A stretch of DNA of 64,000 nucleotides, taken from positions 32,001 to 96,000 of IMG/VR virus record IMGVR_UViG_3300019373_000007; one strand, written 5' to 3'. Position numbers and translations under genes: made by a program. Below are positions 28,709 to 39,102 of the stretch, one piece after another. The stretch is from a virus. Taxonomy: Duplodnaviria; Caudoviricetes. The notes below the pieces were generated by a model. The model was given only the letters and a program-made list of their open reading frames with translations. It had not been told where the DNA came from and searched no databases. The stretch's first letter is position 1. Every line of letters begins with the position of its first letter.

Positions 28709-29074
28709 ATGAAACGAGTAATCAATCAAGATGCTATTTTAGGAATGGCTAACTTGAATCCACGTAGAACTAACTTGCCTGTAATCATATGGGCAGATCA
28801 TAATGGAGTAGATCGTTCAGTATCGCATAGAAACAGCCCTCGAATCAAAATAAGTAAAGATGAGCATAGCGTCTCTGTTTCTATTGAAGAGCATCCTAGA
28901 ATCCTAGCTAGAACAAACGACATCCCTCAGAATGTCATGACGATGATTCAAGAAGGCATCGACTACGTTGCACGAAATTATGATATCTTTTTGAAGCATT
29001 ACTTAGACAATGATTTCTCTTTCGACGATGACGATCTGAAAGAGGCACTTCGTGAACGTGGCGACTACAAGTAA
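28709..29074 (+). CDS. MKR-leader protein with DUF4160-like domain
   Basis: MKRVINQDAILG then MANL.P.RT.LPVIIW...H..PRIK...YV..NY..FLKHY. Confidence 0.55.
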   Translation: MKRVINQDAILGMANLNPRRTNLPVIIWADHNGVDRSVSHRNSPRIKISKDEHSVSVSIEEHPRILARTNDIPQNVMTMIQEGIDYVARNYDIFLKHYLDNDFSFDDDDLKEALRERGDYK

Positions 29075-29087
29075 GGGAGGACAACAT

Positions 29088-29252
29088 ATGATTGAAATAC
29101 AAGGACAATACAACACAGCAAGAGTATTCACAGATAGTGCAGATGAAGCTCCTCAGGCCTACAGGCCGATTGATGAAATCATAGCTAACATCGAGCCTAC
29201 ATGTGATATTATCAACACAATCAAGCCGATCTACAACTTCAAGGCATCATAA
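29088..29252 (+). pseudogene. rtcB: RtcB RNA ligase remnant with large in-frame internal deletion
   Basis: RtcB-like N-terminus MIEIQGQYNTARVFTD fused to C-terminus DEAPQAY..I..II..I.PT....IKPIYNFKA. Confidence 0.8.
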
Positions 29253-29256
29253 ATGA

Positions 29257-29286
29257 TAGCGCAGTCAAACAAAGCTGCGCTATTTC
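29257..29286 (+). terminator. intrinsic terminator
   Basis: ATAGCGCAG-loop-CTGCGCTAT followed by TT. Confidence 0.6.
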
Positions 29287-29330
29287 TATGTAAGAATCGT
29301 TATATTCTGTAAGAGAAGGAGGTAGACGCA

Positions 29331-30836
29331 ATGTCATTAGAATTAGAGAATTTATCTGCTCTTTCCATTGGGCAGCTAGTTAATTTTAAGGAAGTAAAGC
29401 CTACAGAGGTAGTAGACTACTTTGCGGATCGCATCGAAAAGAGAAATCCTTCTATCAACGCATTTGTTTACACTAAGATAGACGAAGCGATGGAAGTAGC
29501 TAAGGAGCAAGAGAAGAAAATCATGTCCGGAATGTCTCCGGGAGTATTCGCTGGAGTTCCGGTTTGCTTGAAGGACTTTTTGCCTTCTAAGGAGGGATGG
29601 ACAAACAGTCATGGCGGTGTGCGAGCACTTATCCAGAGAGACCCAGAGGACTCCGAATTCACTAAGGCAGCAGAAGCAATGGGTGCTATTCCTATTGGAA
29701 AGGCCAACGCACCTGCTTTCGCTTTCAGAGGAATCACAGACAATCAGATGTATGGTCCTACTAGCACACCATTCAAGCCAGGATACAATTCGGGTGGATC
29801 GTCAGGAGGAACTGCTGCTGCAGTCGGCGACGGATTGGTTCCGTTAGGAGAAGGGTCAGACGGAGGCGGATCCATTAGAATACCATCCGCATGGTGCGGT
29901 TGCTTTGGATTCAAGCCGTCTGTCGGAGCTGTTCCTAGCGTATGCAGACCTGATGCTTGGACTGCAACACATCCATTCTGCTTCAATGGTGCAATTACGC
30001 GTACGGTAGAAGACAGTTTAGCTATATTCCGGATGATGTGTCACTACGACCTACATGATCCATTTAGTGTGCCTAGCTCAGTTATCTTCAACAAGAATAG
30101 TTCCTTTGTAGCTAACCAGACAATCCGCATTGGCCTTGTCAGAGACTTCGGAGTATTTCCAGTAGAAGATGAACTCTGGGAAGTAATCAAGAGAGCTGCT
30201 AAGATGGCTGAATCTTCTTTATCTGCTAACATCATTGTAGAAGAAGTGGATCCAGATAGCTTGTCACTTGCTCCATTCACCGCAGAGGACTTAGCTGAGA
30301 TGTGGTGCAGGATGATCTCTATCGATACATCCATTGACATGAACCTGTGGGCAAGATCCGGTAAGGTAGATATGCGTGACCCTGCTCTAGAGTATCAGCT
30401 CACTCCTGAATTCATTCATTGGGATAAGGTTGCGTCTACTCAGACAGGAATCATGGACTATCGCACATTCAACGAAATGCGAACTGCTGTCCTTGATATG
30501 CACATTGACTTATTCAGGAAGTACGATTTCATCATCAGCCCAGTTACATGTTGCAACCCTGTCCCTAATGATACATCTGAGAAGGTAACAGCAGGTCCTG
30601 CTACAATCAACGGACGGAAAGTAGATCAAGCAATCGGCTTCTGCGAAACATTCTTACAGAATTTCATCGGATATCCTGCAGCTTCTATCCCAGCAGGATT
30701 GTCTGCCGACGGCTTGCCTATCGGAATGCAGATTGTAGGAAAGAAGTATTCAGACCACAAGCTGTTCCAGCTGTCTCGAATCTACGAGAACGTCAACCCA
30801 TGGAGCTACTCTATCCCATTCAATAGAGCAATCTAG
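29331..30836 (+). CDS. amidase, amidase-signature (GatA-like) family
   Basis: GVPVCLKD, GGSSGG, GSDGGGSIRIPSAWCG, GLPIGMQIVG. Confidence 0.93.
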   Translation: MSLELENLSALSIGQLVNFKEVKPTEVVDYFADRIEKRNPSINAFVYTKIDEAMEVAKEQEKKIMSGMSPGVFAGVPVCLKDFLPSKEGWTNSHGGVRALIQRDPEDSEFTKAAEAMGAIPIGKANAPAFAFRGITDNQMYGPTSTPFKPGYNSGGSSGGTAAAVGDGLVPLGEGSDGGGSIRIPSAWCGCFGFKPSVGAVPSVCRPDAWTATHPFCFNGAITRTVEDSLAIFRMMCHYDLHDPFSVPSSVIFNKNSSFVANQTIRIGLVRDFGVFPVEDELWEVIKRAAKMAESSLSANIIVEEVDPDSLSLAPFTAEDLAEMWCRMISIDTSIDMNLWARSGKVDMRDPALEYQLTPEFIHWDKVASTQTGIMDYRTFNEMRTAVLDMHIDLFRKYDFIISPVTCCNPVPNDTSEKVTAGPATINGRKVDQAIGFCETFLQNFIGYPAASIPAGLSADGLPIGMQIVGKKYSDHKLFQLSRIYENVNPWSYSIPFNRAI

Positions 30837-30854
30837 TTAAAGGAGAGTATACAT

Positions 30855-31082
30855 ATGGATCCAAAAGAGTTCAAATCAGTAGCTAGCTTAGCTAAGGAGA
30901 AAGGTGCATCTAAGGTGTGGTTGTGCCCTAGATTAGTCACTAACACGTCATTCAACAGACCTCCATACCTAGCTGGCATTGAGTGCTCAGTGAACAGCAT
31001 TCCTGCAGAGATTAAGGAAAGACGAGTTACTCGCTACTTTTGTGAAAATAACACTCTCTGCATCATTTGGGAGAACAATTAG
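30855..31082 (+). CDS. hypothetical protein
   Basis: ORF track with RBS. Confidence 0.6.
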   Translation: MDPKEFKSVASLAKEKGASKVWLCPRLVTNTSFNRPPYLAGIECSVNSIPAEIKERRVTRYFCENNTLCIIWENN

Positions 31083-31255
31083 CTGCTAATATCGTGGTAA
31101 GATGTCAGGTTTAAATATTTTTATATAATTTTTGATTTTTCTCTTTATTTTCTGCACAATGTATCTTATAATATGTTTGTAGGTAATAAACGGGGGATAA
31201 ACATTATCAATTTTCGTCAATGCTTATCAACAATCCAAAAGGAGGACAATTAAAT

Positions 31256-31984
31256 ATGAACCTGACATCTTTCTATGAAACTAGAGACCTTTTCTTAGAG
31301 TACACTCAGTACTCCGCACCACTTAGCTTCGATGAGTGGGCAAAACTTCCAGAAGACGAAAACAACAAAGACTATTATCAGTCATCTGAATGCAAGAAGA
31401 CAGCTGTATTGTATCTTCAGTTCTTTCCGGAGATCATCGCTGCTTGGCAGATGGCTAATTCATATGATTTCATTCCTGCCGAAGACGGAGTTACCATCGT
31501 TCTTCAGTACCTCAGAAAGAACGCTCCTAAGATCGAGCAGGATAGTAAGAGATTTACAGCCTCTTATATCTATAGAGTAGCTTACAACTGCATGTATTGC
31601 ATCTGCCACGACCGCATCTGCGACAAGGAGAGATGGGCAAATGAGACACCTAACATCGTCGGATATGGCGATGACCAGGTCGACTTGTTTGATTTAGTAT
31701 CTACTGACGGACAGGACCCAGTACTTGACAAGCTGGAAAGAGAGACAATCGAGGCCCTCTTCTGGCACGAAATCAAGCAAGCAGGCCCTAAGGCAGAGAA
31801 GTTAGCTTACTATCTTCTTAATCAGGACAACGAATACAAGAAGGCAATCAGACCAAGCTCCAAGAAGTACATCGACGAGCTCAGCGCTATCAATCTCATT
31901 GATGAAGAGATCGAGCCATTGATGGAACAGCTTCGCAGCTGTCTTGCTAAGTTCGCTCCTTACTTCAACGTACTTACTGCATGA
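31256..31984 (+). CDS. second sigma-factor-like protein
   Basis: AEDG..IVLQYL...RFTASYIYRVAYN region-2-like; TATAAT at 31167 upstream. Confidence 0.45.
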   Translation: MNLTSFYETRDLFLEYTQYSAPLSFDEWAKLPEDENNKDYYQSSECKKTAVLYLQFFPEIIAAWQMANSYDFIPAEDGVTIVLQYLRKNAPKIEQDSKRFTASYIYRVAYNCMYCICHDRICDKERWANETPNIVGYGDDQVDLFDLVSTDGQDPVLDKLERETIEALFWHEIKQAGPKAEKLAYYLLNQDNEYKKAIRPSSKKYIDELSAINLIDEEIEPLMEQLRSCLAKFAPYFNVLTA

Positions 31985-32058
31985 ATCGTTATGTAGCATA
32001 ACATCTAGTAACATCCAAACATTGCAAAGATTTATATTCAACATACAGGAGGTCAATT

Positions 32059-32838
32059 ATGGCATTCAAAACATTATCATCATTCAACGAGGAACGAAAG
32101 GGTCAGTTCTTCACACTTCGCGACGACGGGGAATACGCAGATGTAATCTTTTTGTACAGGGGCATTGAAGATGTACTTGTAGCCGATGTACATTACGTCA
32201 AGTCAGATCAGTATTCCGGATACGTTCATTGCTGCGAGGGTGGCTGCCCTGCATGTAACAAGGGCTTGCGTAAGCAGACTAAGTTATTTATTCCACTTTA
32301 CAACATTGCTTCTCAGAAGATCGAGTTCTGGGACAGAGATGCAGCATTCGAACATCATTTAGTTAAGCAGGTGTTTGCTAACTATCCAAATCCAAGTGAG
32401 TATGTATTCCGTATCACACGTCACGGCGAGTACAGATCTCGTGAGACAGTATACAGCATCATCAGCCAGGGAACTAACAAGCAGCTTCCTTACGACTTGA
32501 TTCTGTCTATGAATAACATCACACTTCCGGATGGATACAGTGCAGTATGCCGCGAAGTAAGCACATTCGAGCTCGATTCTATGCTTAATGGATCCACTCC
32601 AGCAGCTACTACTCAGGATTATGCTAACTATGGAGCAATTCCTCGTCCTGCTGCTATTCCAGTTCCAGAGCCAATCGCAGACCCAGTACCAGATCCAGTA
32701 ACCATTCCAGCTCCTGAATATGGAACCGGTGCACCGGCTACACTGCCTACTCCTGAAGTAGATGTAGCACTACCTGACTTGCCTGTTCCGGAAGGCGGAG
32801 ACGATTCCCTCGATGACTTAAGCGACGTTGCTTTCTAG
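32059..32838 (+). CDS. single-stranded DNA-binding protein (gp32-like)
   Basis: FFTL.DDGE, H..C....CPAC Zn site, Pro-rich linker, acidic tail DDLSDVAF; precedes polymerase. Confidence 0.7.
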   Translation: MAFKTLSSFNEERKGQFFTLRDDGEYADVIFLYRGIEDVLVADVHYVKSDQYSGYVHCCEGGCPACNKGLRKQTKLFIPLYNIASQKIEFWDRDAAFEHHLVKQVFANYPNPSEYVFRITRHGEYRSRETVYSIISQGTNKQLPYDLILSMNNITLPDGYSAVCREVSTFELDSMLNGSTPAATTQDYANYGAIPRPAAIPVPEPIADPVPDPVTIPAPEYGTGAPATLPTPEVDVALPDLPVPEGGDDSLDDLSDVAF

Positions 32839-32866
32839 TTACACACCAAGGAGGGAGATCTAGTAC

Positions 32867-35800
32867 ATGAAGCTATTCAGTGCAGCGCAGATCGATAAGA
32901 TCAACGCTATAGCTGCTAAGAGCAACGAATCGCTCAAACCTGCAGCGTCTGGTGGAAAGCCTGCAAGCATCAACGATGAGCTGAACCAGATAACAAAAGA
33001 AGTTTTAGATTACTTTAAGGATTCTCCTGCAATCTTGATTAAGAATGCGAAAGAGTTACATGACTACGTGGACAAATGTATCGAAGCTGGCTACGCCGGC
33101 ATCGATACAGAGACCACCGGTCTTGACCGAATTCGCGACAAGATTGTAGGAGCTTCTTTATATTATCCAGGCGGAGTAGAATGCTATATTCCGTCTTGCC
33201 ACTTGCTTCCTATATTTGAGAAGCCATATCCTAACCAGTTGACATATGAAGTGATCGGGCAGGAATTTCAGCGGTTAGCTGATAATCATGTGCGGTTGAT
33301 ATTTGCGAATGCAGACTTCGACTTAGCGATGATCTACAAAGACCTGAAGGTGGACCTTGTTCCTGCTTGCTTCTTCGATGTAATCCTAGCTTGGCGATGC
33401 TTACGCGAAGATGAAAAGGACAATACATTGAAGGGCCTGTATGCTAAATACGTCATGAAAGGCCAGATAGAAGCCAAGAAGTTCCGAGATTTCTTCTCAC
33501 CAAAGCTGTTTCCTTACTCTAAGCCTGAAGTAGCAGGTCTTTATGCAGCAAACGATGCTAAGATCACATATGAATTATTCGTTTGGGAGCTCCAGTACAT
33601 CACTAAATCTAATCCTAAGTGTCAGAAGAATCACTTAGAGAAGATAGCAGACCTCATTTGGAATGTAGAGATGCCAATGATCCGTGTATGTGCTCACCTA
33701 CATAGAGTCGGAGTCATGCTAGATACATCAGTGATTCCTGCATTACATGAGCGATATGCTGATAATCTGAAAGCTGCTCAGGAAAAACTAGCTAAAGATA
33801 TTCAGCACTTGATTGACGAAAGAGATGTTCCAGGAAACAGAAAGAGACCGTTCCGAACCGGGGCTGATTTCAACGCAAATAGCCAGCCACATGTGAAGTA
33901 CTTGCTAAATACACTGCTTGCACTAGACGTAGATGGAACCGGTAAGGAAGTATTGAACGAAGTAAAAGATCCGTCAGCTAAGGACATCTTACAAGTACGC
34001 AAGGGAGTCAAGTTGCTAGGCACATACATTGATAAGATGCCTAACATTGCCGGTCCTGATGGTAGAGTTCATTGTACCTTCAAGAGCATTGGCGCAGATA
34101 CAGGCCGCATGTGCATCGCTAAGGGCACCCCTATTACTGTCCTCAACGGAACAAAGAACATTGAGGACATTGTCCCCGGTGACTTAGTTTACTGTTATGA
34201 CGAACGACGCAGTATACAGTTATCTCGAGTAAAGAATCTATGGCTCACTGGAAAAGACCGCGAGTGCGTAGACGTTAAGTGGCGGAGTAACGGATCCGGA
34301 GATATTGGGCATCTTATCTGTACTCCGGAACACAGAATCTTGAAGGAAGATGGCACATGGTGCAGAGCTGATGAACTCAAGTGCTATGATAGGTTAGTTA
34401 GTCTGCGACAGACATCCGACGGTGACGAGAATAACATACCGTTGAATCATGCTGTGCAGTCAGTAGCACCCGCAGGTAAATTCGATGTATATGATATTGA
34501 AGTAGAAACATATCATAATTTCATCGCAAGTGAGATTTGCGTGCATAACTCATCCGCCGATCCGAACTTACAGAATATACCGTCTAAGATGCATGATATC
34601 AGACATATGTTCCGTGCTAGCAACGGATACGTAATGATGTCATCTGACTTCTCTCAGCAGGAGCCGAAGCTCACAGCATTCTGTACCGGCGATCAACGAA
34701 TGATTGAAACATTCCAGACCGGAAAGGACATCTATGCAACACTTGCTTCTATCGGTTTAGGATTTCCATATGAGGAGTGCTTGGAGTTCAATCCTATCAC
34801 GCACGAGAATCAGCCCGAAGGTAAAGCCCGGCGGGGTATAGGCAAGGTGTTAGTATTGGGTAGACCGAGAGGTTAAACATCTTGCCGATAACCAATAATT
34901 TATGCCCCCTCAGTAGAAGCCTAAATGTAACAGACTACTGAGTGCAAACTTTGTGAACCTTATTACTCAAGGGTGTGCAGTAGACTAATATAGTAATCGC
35001 AGGAAATGGCGACTAACTGCTGTGCTAACAGGGAAGGCTAATCTAGTTTCTAGAAGTTAATCCTGTGCCAAGCCTTTTACCTTGTTTGGAGCAATTCACA
35101 TACAAGGAGTAAATTACACATGTACGAAGCTTATTTGATAACTAATAACGTCAATGGAAAACGATATGTCGGAATGACTAAGCAAGGCTACTTATCTCGA
35201 TTCAAAGATCATTGGTGGGAAGCTAATCATGACGTAAGGCATCAGTCGATGCTACATCTTGATATGGTCAAATATGGAATCGAATCATTTAGCGTCGAGT
35301 TATTAGAATCCGGCATAGCCGAAGAAGACCATCAAGAGAAGGAGCGCTATTACATTGCTACTTTAGGTACCTATTACGAGAATCCGCTAGGATACAATAT
35401 GACCCTAGGTGGAAACGGAACAGTCGGATATATCTTCACTGATGCTGATCGAGCTAAGGAAAGTGAGCAGCGTAAAGGATGTACATTCAGCGCCGAGCGC
35501 AATGCTCACATCAAAGAGATCATGACAGGCCGAGAGTACAAGCAGGAGTGGAAAGATGCGCTCAGCGCTGCTCGAATGGGCAGATTCGAGGGCGAAGAGA
35601 ATTCATTTTATGGCCGCCATCATTCAGAAGCTACCAAGCAAGCAATACGGAATGCCAACTCTAGCGAACAGATTGAACAGCTAGATAAATCAGGATGTCT
35701 TGTAAATACGTTCTTCAATCTAGCAGACGCAGGGAGATGGGTGTCCGAGAACGTTTCAAAAGCTAAGTACACTACATGTGCCACTCGTATTCGTGAGGTG

Positions 35801-37003
35801 TGCGTTAGCAGTAATCCTAAATGCACAGCTTATGGCTACAGGTGGAGAATAAAAGGAAGGTCAATCGACTAACGCATCTATCAATGAGATAGATGCATAG
35901 GAGGGAAGATGAGTTACCCTCCGAAGCGCAAAGATCGGTATTTAGGCACCGATATGATATAGTCAGGGCTCTTAGAAATAAGAGACGAACCGATAAATTA
36001 CGGAATGTCCACTTTCTCTATTGCAGATATGCTCTTCGGAGATGATGAGACAATGACGCAAGAAGAGAAGATGAAGAAGGCTGAGAACATACAACAGTCT
36101 CTGACGAAGGGATTCCCGCAGCTACAGAAGGCTATCGCAGACGCACAGATACGTACAGCGAAAGTCGGATATACAGAAACTATCTTAGGTAGAAGACGAC
36201 ATCACCCGGACATGCAACTTCCTAAGTATGAATTCAAGCCGATGAAGGGGTATATCAACCCCGATGTGGATCCATTAGACCCATCTACATTAACTACCAA
36301 GGAACAGATTCCACAACGCATCATCAACCAGCTCACCAAGGAGTTCAACGGCTATAAGTATTATGGTCAGAGAGTAAAGAGAACGAAAGAGCTCGCAGAA
36401 GAGAAGATCAAAGTCATTGATAACACATACAAGATCAACACAGCTTCTCGAGAGGTGTTTAACGGGATTATCCAGGGCAGCGCCGCAGATGTAACTAAAT
36501 TGGCAATGCTCAACCTTACAACAGATCCCGAATGGGAAGAAATCGGCGGTAGATTCCTCATTCCTGTACACGATGAGTTGATTGTCGAGGTTCCTTTTGA
36601 GAACAGGGAGAAGGGTGCCCAGATATTGTCACGGAATATGGAGAAAGCAGGTGACTTTCTTCCGTTCCCGCTGAAATGTGACGTAGAAACTACATTCAGA
36701 TGGTACGGCTTAGGAGTAGACGATATCCTGTCATTCGACAAGCCTACTTCACTAGATGTATCTACTATGAGCGAATCTAACATCAAGTGGATTCAGTGCA
36801 TGCTTATTGAGAACGAATTCATCATGCCGAAATATCCTCATGAAGATGGATCCAAGCTGATTGGTCTTGAGGCAGAAGGTGTAAACGGCAGATGGTCAGA
36901 TGAAATGTCCTCTGCTATCCGAAGCTACTGCAATCGTTATTCATTACAAGACGATCAATTCCTGGATCACATTGAGAAGAAGGTAATCTGGGGAGAATAT
37001 TAA
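32867..37003 (+). CDS. polA: family A DNA polymerase; exons 32867-34861 and 35993-37003; contains intein
   Basis: DTETTGL exo I, TGRM/SSADPNLQNIP, SDFSQQEP motif A, motif B restored as KVLVLG+INYGM, IQGSAAD, VHDEL motif C. Confidence 0.92.
34112..34549 (+). mobile_element. mini-intein (146 aa) in PolA
   Basis: C-IAKGT start, TPEHRI block B, VYDIEV..HNF..ICVHN then S. Confidence 0.92.
34862..35992 (+). mobile_element. group I intron in polA motif B
   Basis: 5-prime exon ends GGT, intron ends G; IGS TAATTTATGCCC pairs with GGGT/ATAAATTA; P7 elements TCGACTA and GATATAGTC. Confidence 0.9.
35120..35872 (+). CDS. intron-encoded GIY-YIG homing endonuclease with NUMOD3
   Basis: AYLITN.VNGKRYVG.T..R...H..E..E..I...GYN.T.GG; NSFYGRHHSEATK. 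Confidence 0.9.
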   Translation: MYEAYLITNNVNGKRYVGMTKQGYLSRFKDHWWEANHDVRHQSMLHLDMVKYGIESFSVELLESGIAEEDHQEKERYYIATLGTYYENPLGYNMTLGGNGTVGYIFTDADRAKESEQRKGCTFSAERNAHIKEIMTGREYKQEWKDALSAARMGRFEGEENSFYGRHHSEATKQAIRNANSSEQIEQLDKSGCLVNTFFNLADAGRWVSENVSKAKYTTCATRIREVCVSSNPKCTAYGYRWRIKGRSID

Positions 37004-37010
37004 GGAGGAC

Positions 37011-37205
37011 ATGTTAATGGACAGTCGATTGGGCATTGATATTGCATTAGCGGCAGTAGCTGCTTTAGCTGTAGTGAATTCCATCTATTGCAGAGCTAAG
37101 ATTCGTGATATGAAAACTTCTATCACACAACTCACTAACATGGTTTTGCGCAACAGATGGCGGGTCATTGACTTAGAATACGAATTGGAGGATCTAGATA
37201 GATGA
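37011..37205 (+). CDS. small membrane protein
   Basis: single TM helix; RBS. Confidence 0.6.
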   Translation: MLMDSRLGIDIALAAVAALAVVNSIYCRAKIRDMKTSITQLTNMVLRNRWRVIDLEYELEDLDR

Positions 37206-37576
37206 AGGGGCAGTGGCACATAGATGGTGAGATCTGGAAACCTATACCTGGATTTGGTGGATTCTACGAGATATCTTCACTCGGTAGAGTAAGGTCATGT
37301 AGTCGTACAACTGCTGTCCGCAGCGTTCACAGACGCGGCGGCGTAGTGCACGATGAGATGTGGCATCGTCCAGGAATGCTTCTGAAGCCTGTCAAGTGTG
37401 ATAATGGATACTACGTGCGTCTCTACAATGCTAATCACGAACGGAAGAGCGTTGCAATCAAGCGACTAGTAGCTGAAGCATTCATTCCTTCATTTAATCC
37501 CGAAAATCCAACAAATAGCATACGCGTCAGCCCTAAGACGGCTATTCCGACTGTGCATAACATTCAACTGAGGTGA
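37202..37576 (+). CDS. NUMOD4-domain protein, HNH site degenerate
   Basis: EIWKPIPGF..YEISSLGRV; KRLVAEAFIP without HNH residues. Confidence 0.75.
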   Translation: MKGQWHIDGEIWKPIPGFGGFYEISSLGRVRSCSRTTAVRSVHRRGGVVHDEMWHRPGMLLKPVKCDNGYYVRLYNANHERKSVAIKRLVAEAFIPSFNPENPTNSIRVSPKTAIPTVHNIQLR

Positions 37577-37965
37577 TCATGGAAGAACAATGGAAAGATA
37601 TACCAGGATTCGAGGGACTTTATCAAGTATCCTCGCAAGGAAGAATCAAACGGCTCGGTTATGAATCAGTGAAGTCATTTAAAACAGCTAGGCGTGGCGG
37701 CGATATGGAGCAGACCTGGCACATAGAAGAGCGAATACTTTCGCAGACAGTATACAATGAATCGTCGCATACGCGTTACGTAGGGCTAGTCGATGCATCG
37801 GGCAAGCGCCATCGGATTGCTGTTAAGCGACTAGTAGCGCAAGCCTTCATTCCAGGATATGACCCTAGTATGACAACTAATTCTATCGCCCTTAAAGATC
37901 CGGATCTGCCGATATCTGCAGATAACATTTACTTTGTTAAGCAGAATCGTTATAATCATATATGA
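37573..37965 (+). CDS. NUMOD4-domain protein, HNH site degenerate (tandem paralog)
   Basis: EQWKDIPGFEGLYQVSSQGRI; KRLVAQAFIP. Confidence 0.75.
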   Translation: MIMEEQWKDIPGFEGLYQVSSQGRIKRLGYESVKSFKTARRGGDMEQTWHIEERILSQTVYNESSHTRYVGLVDASGKRHRIAVKRLVAQAFIPGYDPSMTTNSIALKDPDLPISADNIYFVKQNRYNHI

Positions 37966-37995
37966 AACTAGTAAACCATCAAGGAGGGAAACTAA

Positions 37996-39102
37996 ATGAA
38001 ATTTACGTTATCGACTAAGCCGCTCAGCAATGCGCTGGACTTAGGTGTAATCAACGCTAACATCTCTAAGTTCTACCGCACAAGCTGCTTAGCTCAGTTA
38101 ACTGCTTCTAAGAACACACTCCGAATCAACTTAGAGGCAAGCTTCATCAAATCTGAGCTTCTTCTTAGAGGATCAGGTGATGCTGATGAAGAAGTAGTAT
38201 CATTTGTAGATTGTGCAGTTCTCAAGTCTCTTATCAGCACAATTGAAACATCCACAGTTACAATTGAATTCGTAGAAGGCGGTATCGTCATTCATTCCGG
38301 ATCTTCTAAGTTCAACTTGCCGAGTTTAGTAAGTGGTGCAGACGGCGTGTCATTGTCTCGCCCTGAAGTGAACAATGATCCATCTGCGGCTACTATCAAG
38401 TTAGCATCTGACGATTGGAAGTTCATTAAGAACTATCAGTTGTATGCTGCTGCAAGCTCATTCGTTCATCCTATCTACACTCGTGTATGGGTAGGCGCTG
38501 ACGGTAACGTCATTGTCGGTGATATCGACAACACATTGTTTACATTCTCTAAGAAGGGCCACTTAGGTACAACATGTTTGTTATCTGATACAATCATCAA
38601 CCTTCTCGAGAGCCTTCCGGAAGGAGCTCAGATTACACAGATGGGAACAAGCTATCGCGTAGAGGTATCTACTGATGCATTTGATTACGCTGCTCAGTTT
38701 ACTCCTCAGTATGAGTCTGAAGAGGGAGTAGGTAGTTACGAATCTGCTATCTTTTTAGAGAAGTCACAGTTGGATCCTGCTAATCAGATCAAGGTATCTA
38801 TCGCACCGGTGAAGAAGTTCTTAAGCCAGGCTGAGTTGCTTTCTTCTGCAGGCGGAGCTATTGAGCTATCCTATTCCGCAGGGCAGCTCAGCTTAAAGGA
38901 CGATAACATCGATTGTAAGGTTGCTGTAGAAGGAACTTGTAGCGATTTCACTTCTCAGTTCGATTTCTCTAACTTGAAGCTCATCTTAGGTAACATCGAT
39001 GAAGAGACCGCTAATATTTCTCCTATCATTGAAGAAGGTGTTACAGTAGGAATTCTCGTAGGAACTCCTAACCTGACTGTTCTTCTCGGAGGACTTGAAT
39101 AA
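37996..39102 (+). CDS. sliding clamp (DNA polymerase III beta-like)
   Basis: 368 aa, MKFT start, three-domain beta-clamp-like pattern, adjacent to clamp-loader genes. Confidence 0.7.
   Translation: MKFTLSTKPLSNALDLGVINANISKFYRTSCLAQLTASKNTLRINLEASFIKSELLLRGSGDADEEVVSFVDCAVLKSLISTIETSTVTIEFVEGGIVIHSGSSKFNLPSLVSGADGVSLSRPEVNNDPSAATIKLASDDWKFIKNYQLYAAASSFVHPIYTRVWVGADGNVIVGDIDNTLFTFSKKGHLGTTCLLSDTIINLLESLPEGAQITQMGTSYRVEVSTDAFDYAAQFTPQYESEEGVGSYESAIFLEKSQLDPANQIKVSIAPVKKFLSQAELLSSAGGAIELSYSAGQLSLKDDNIDCKVAVEGTCSDFTSQFDFSNLKLILGNIDEETANISPIIEEGVTVGILVGTPNLTVLLGGLE

Noticed and set aside
36005-37003. Separate polymerase-like gene
   Set aside because: It is exon 2 of polA after the group I intron
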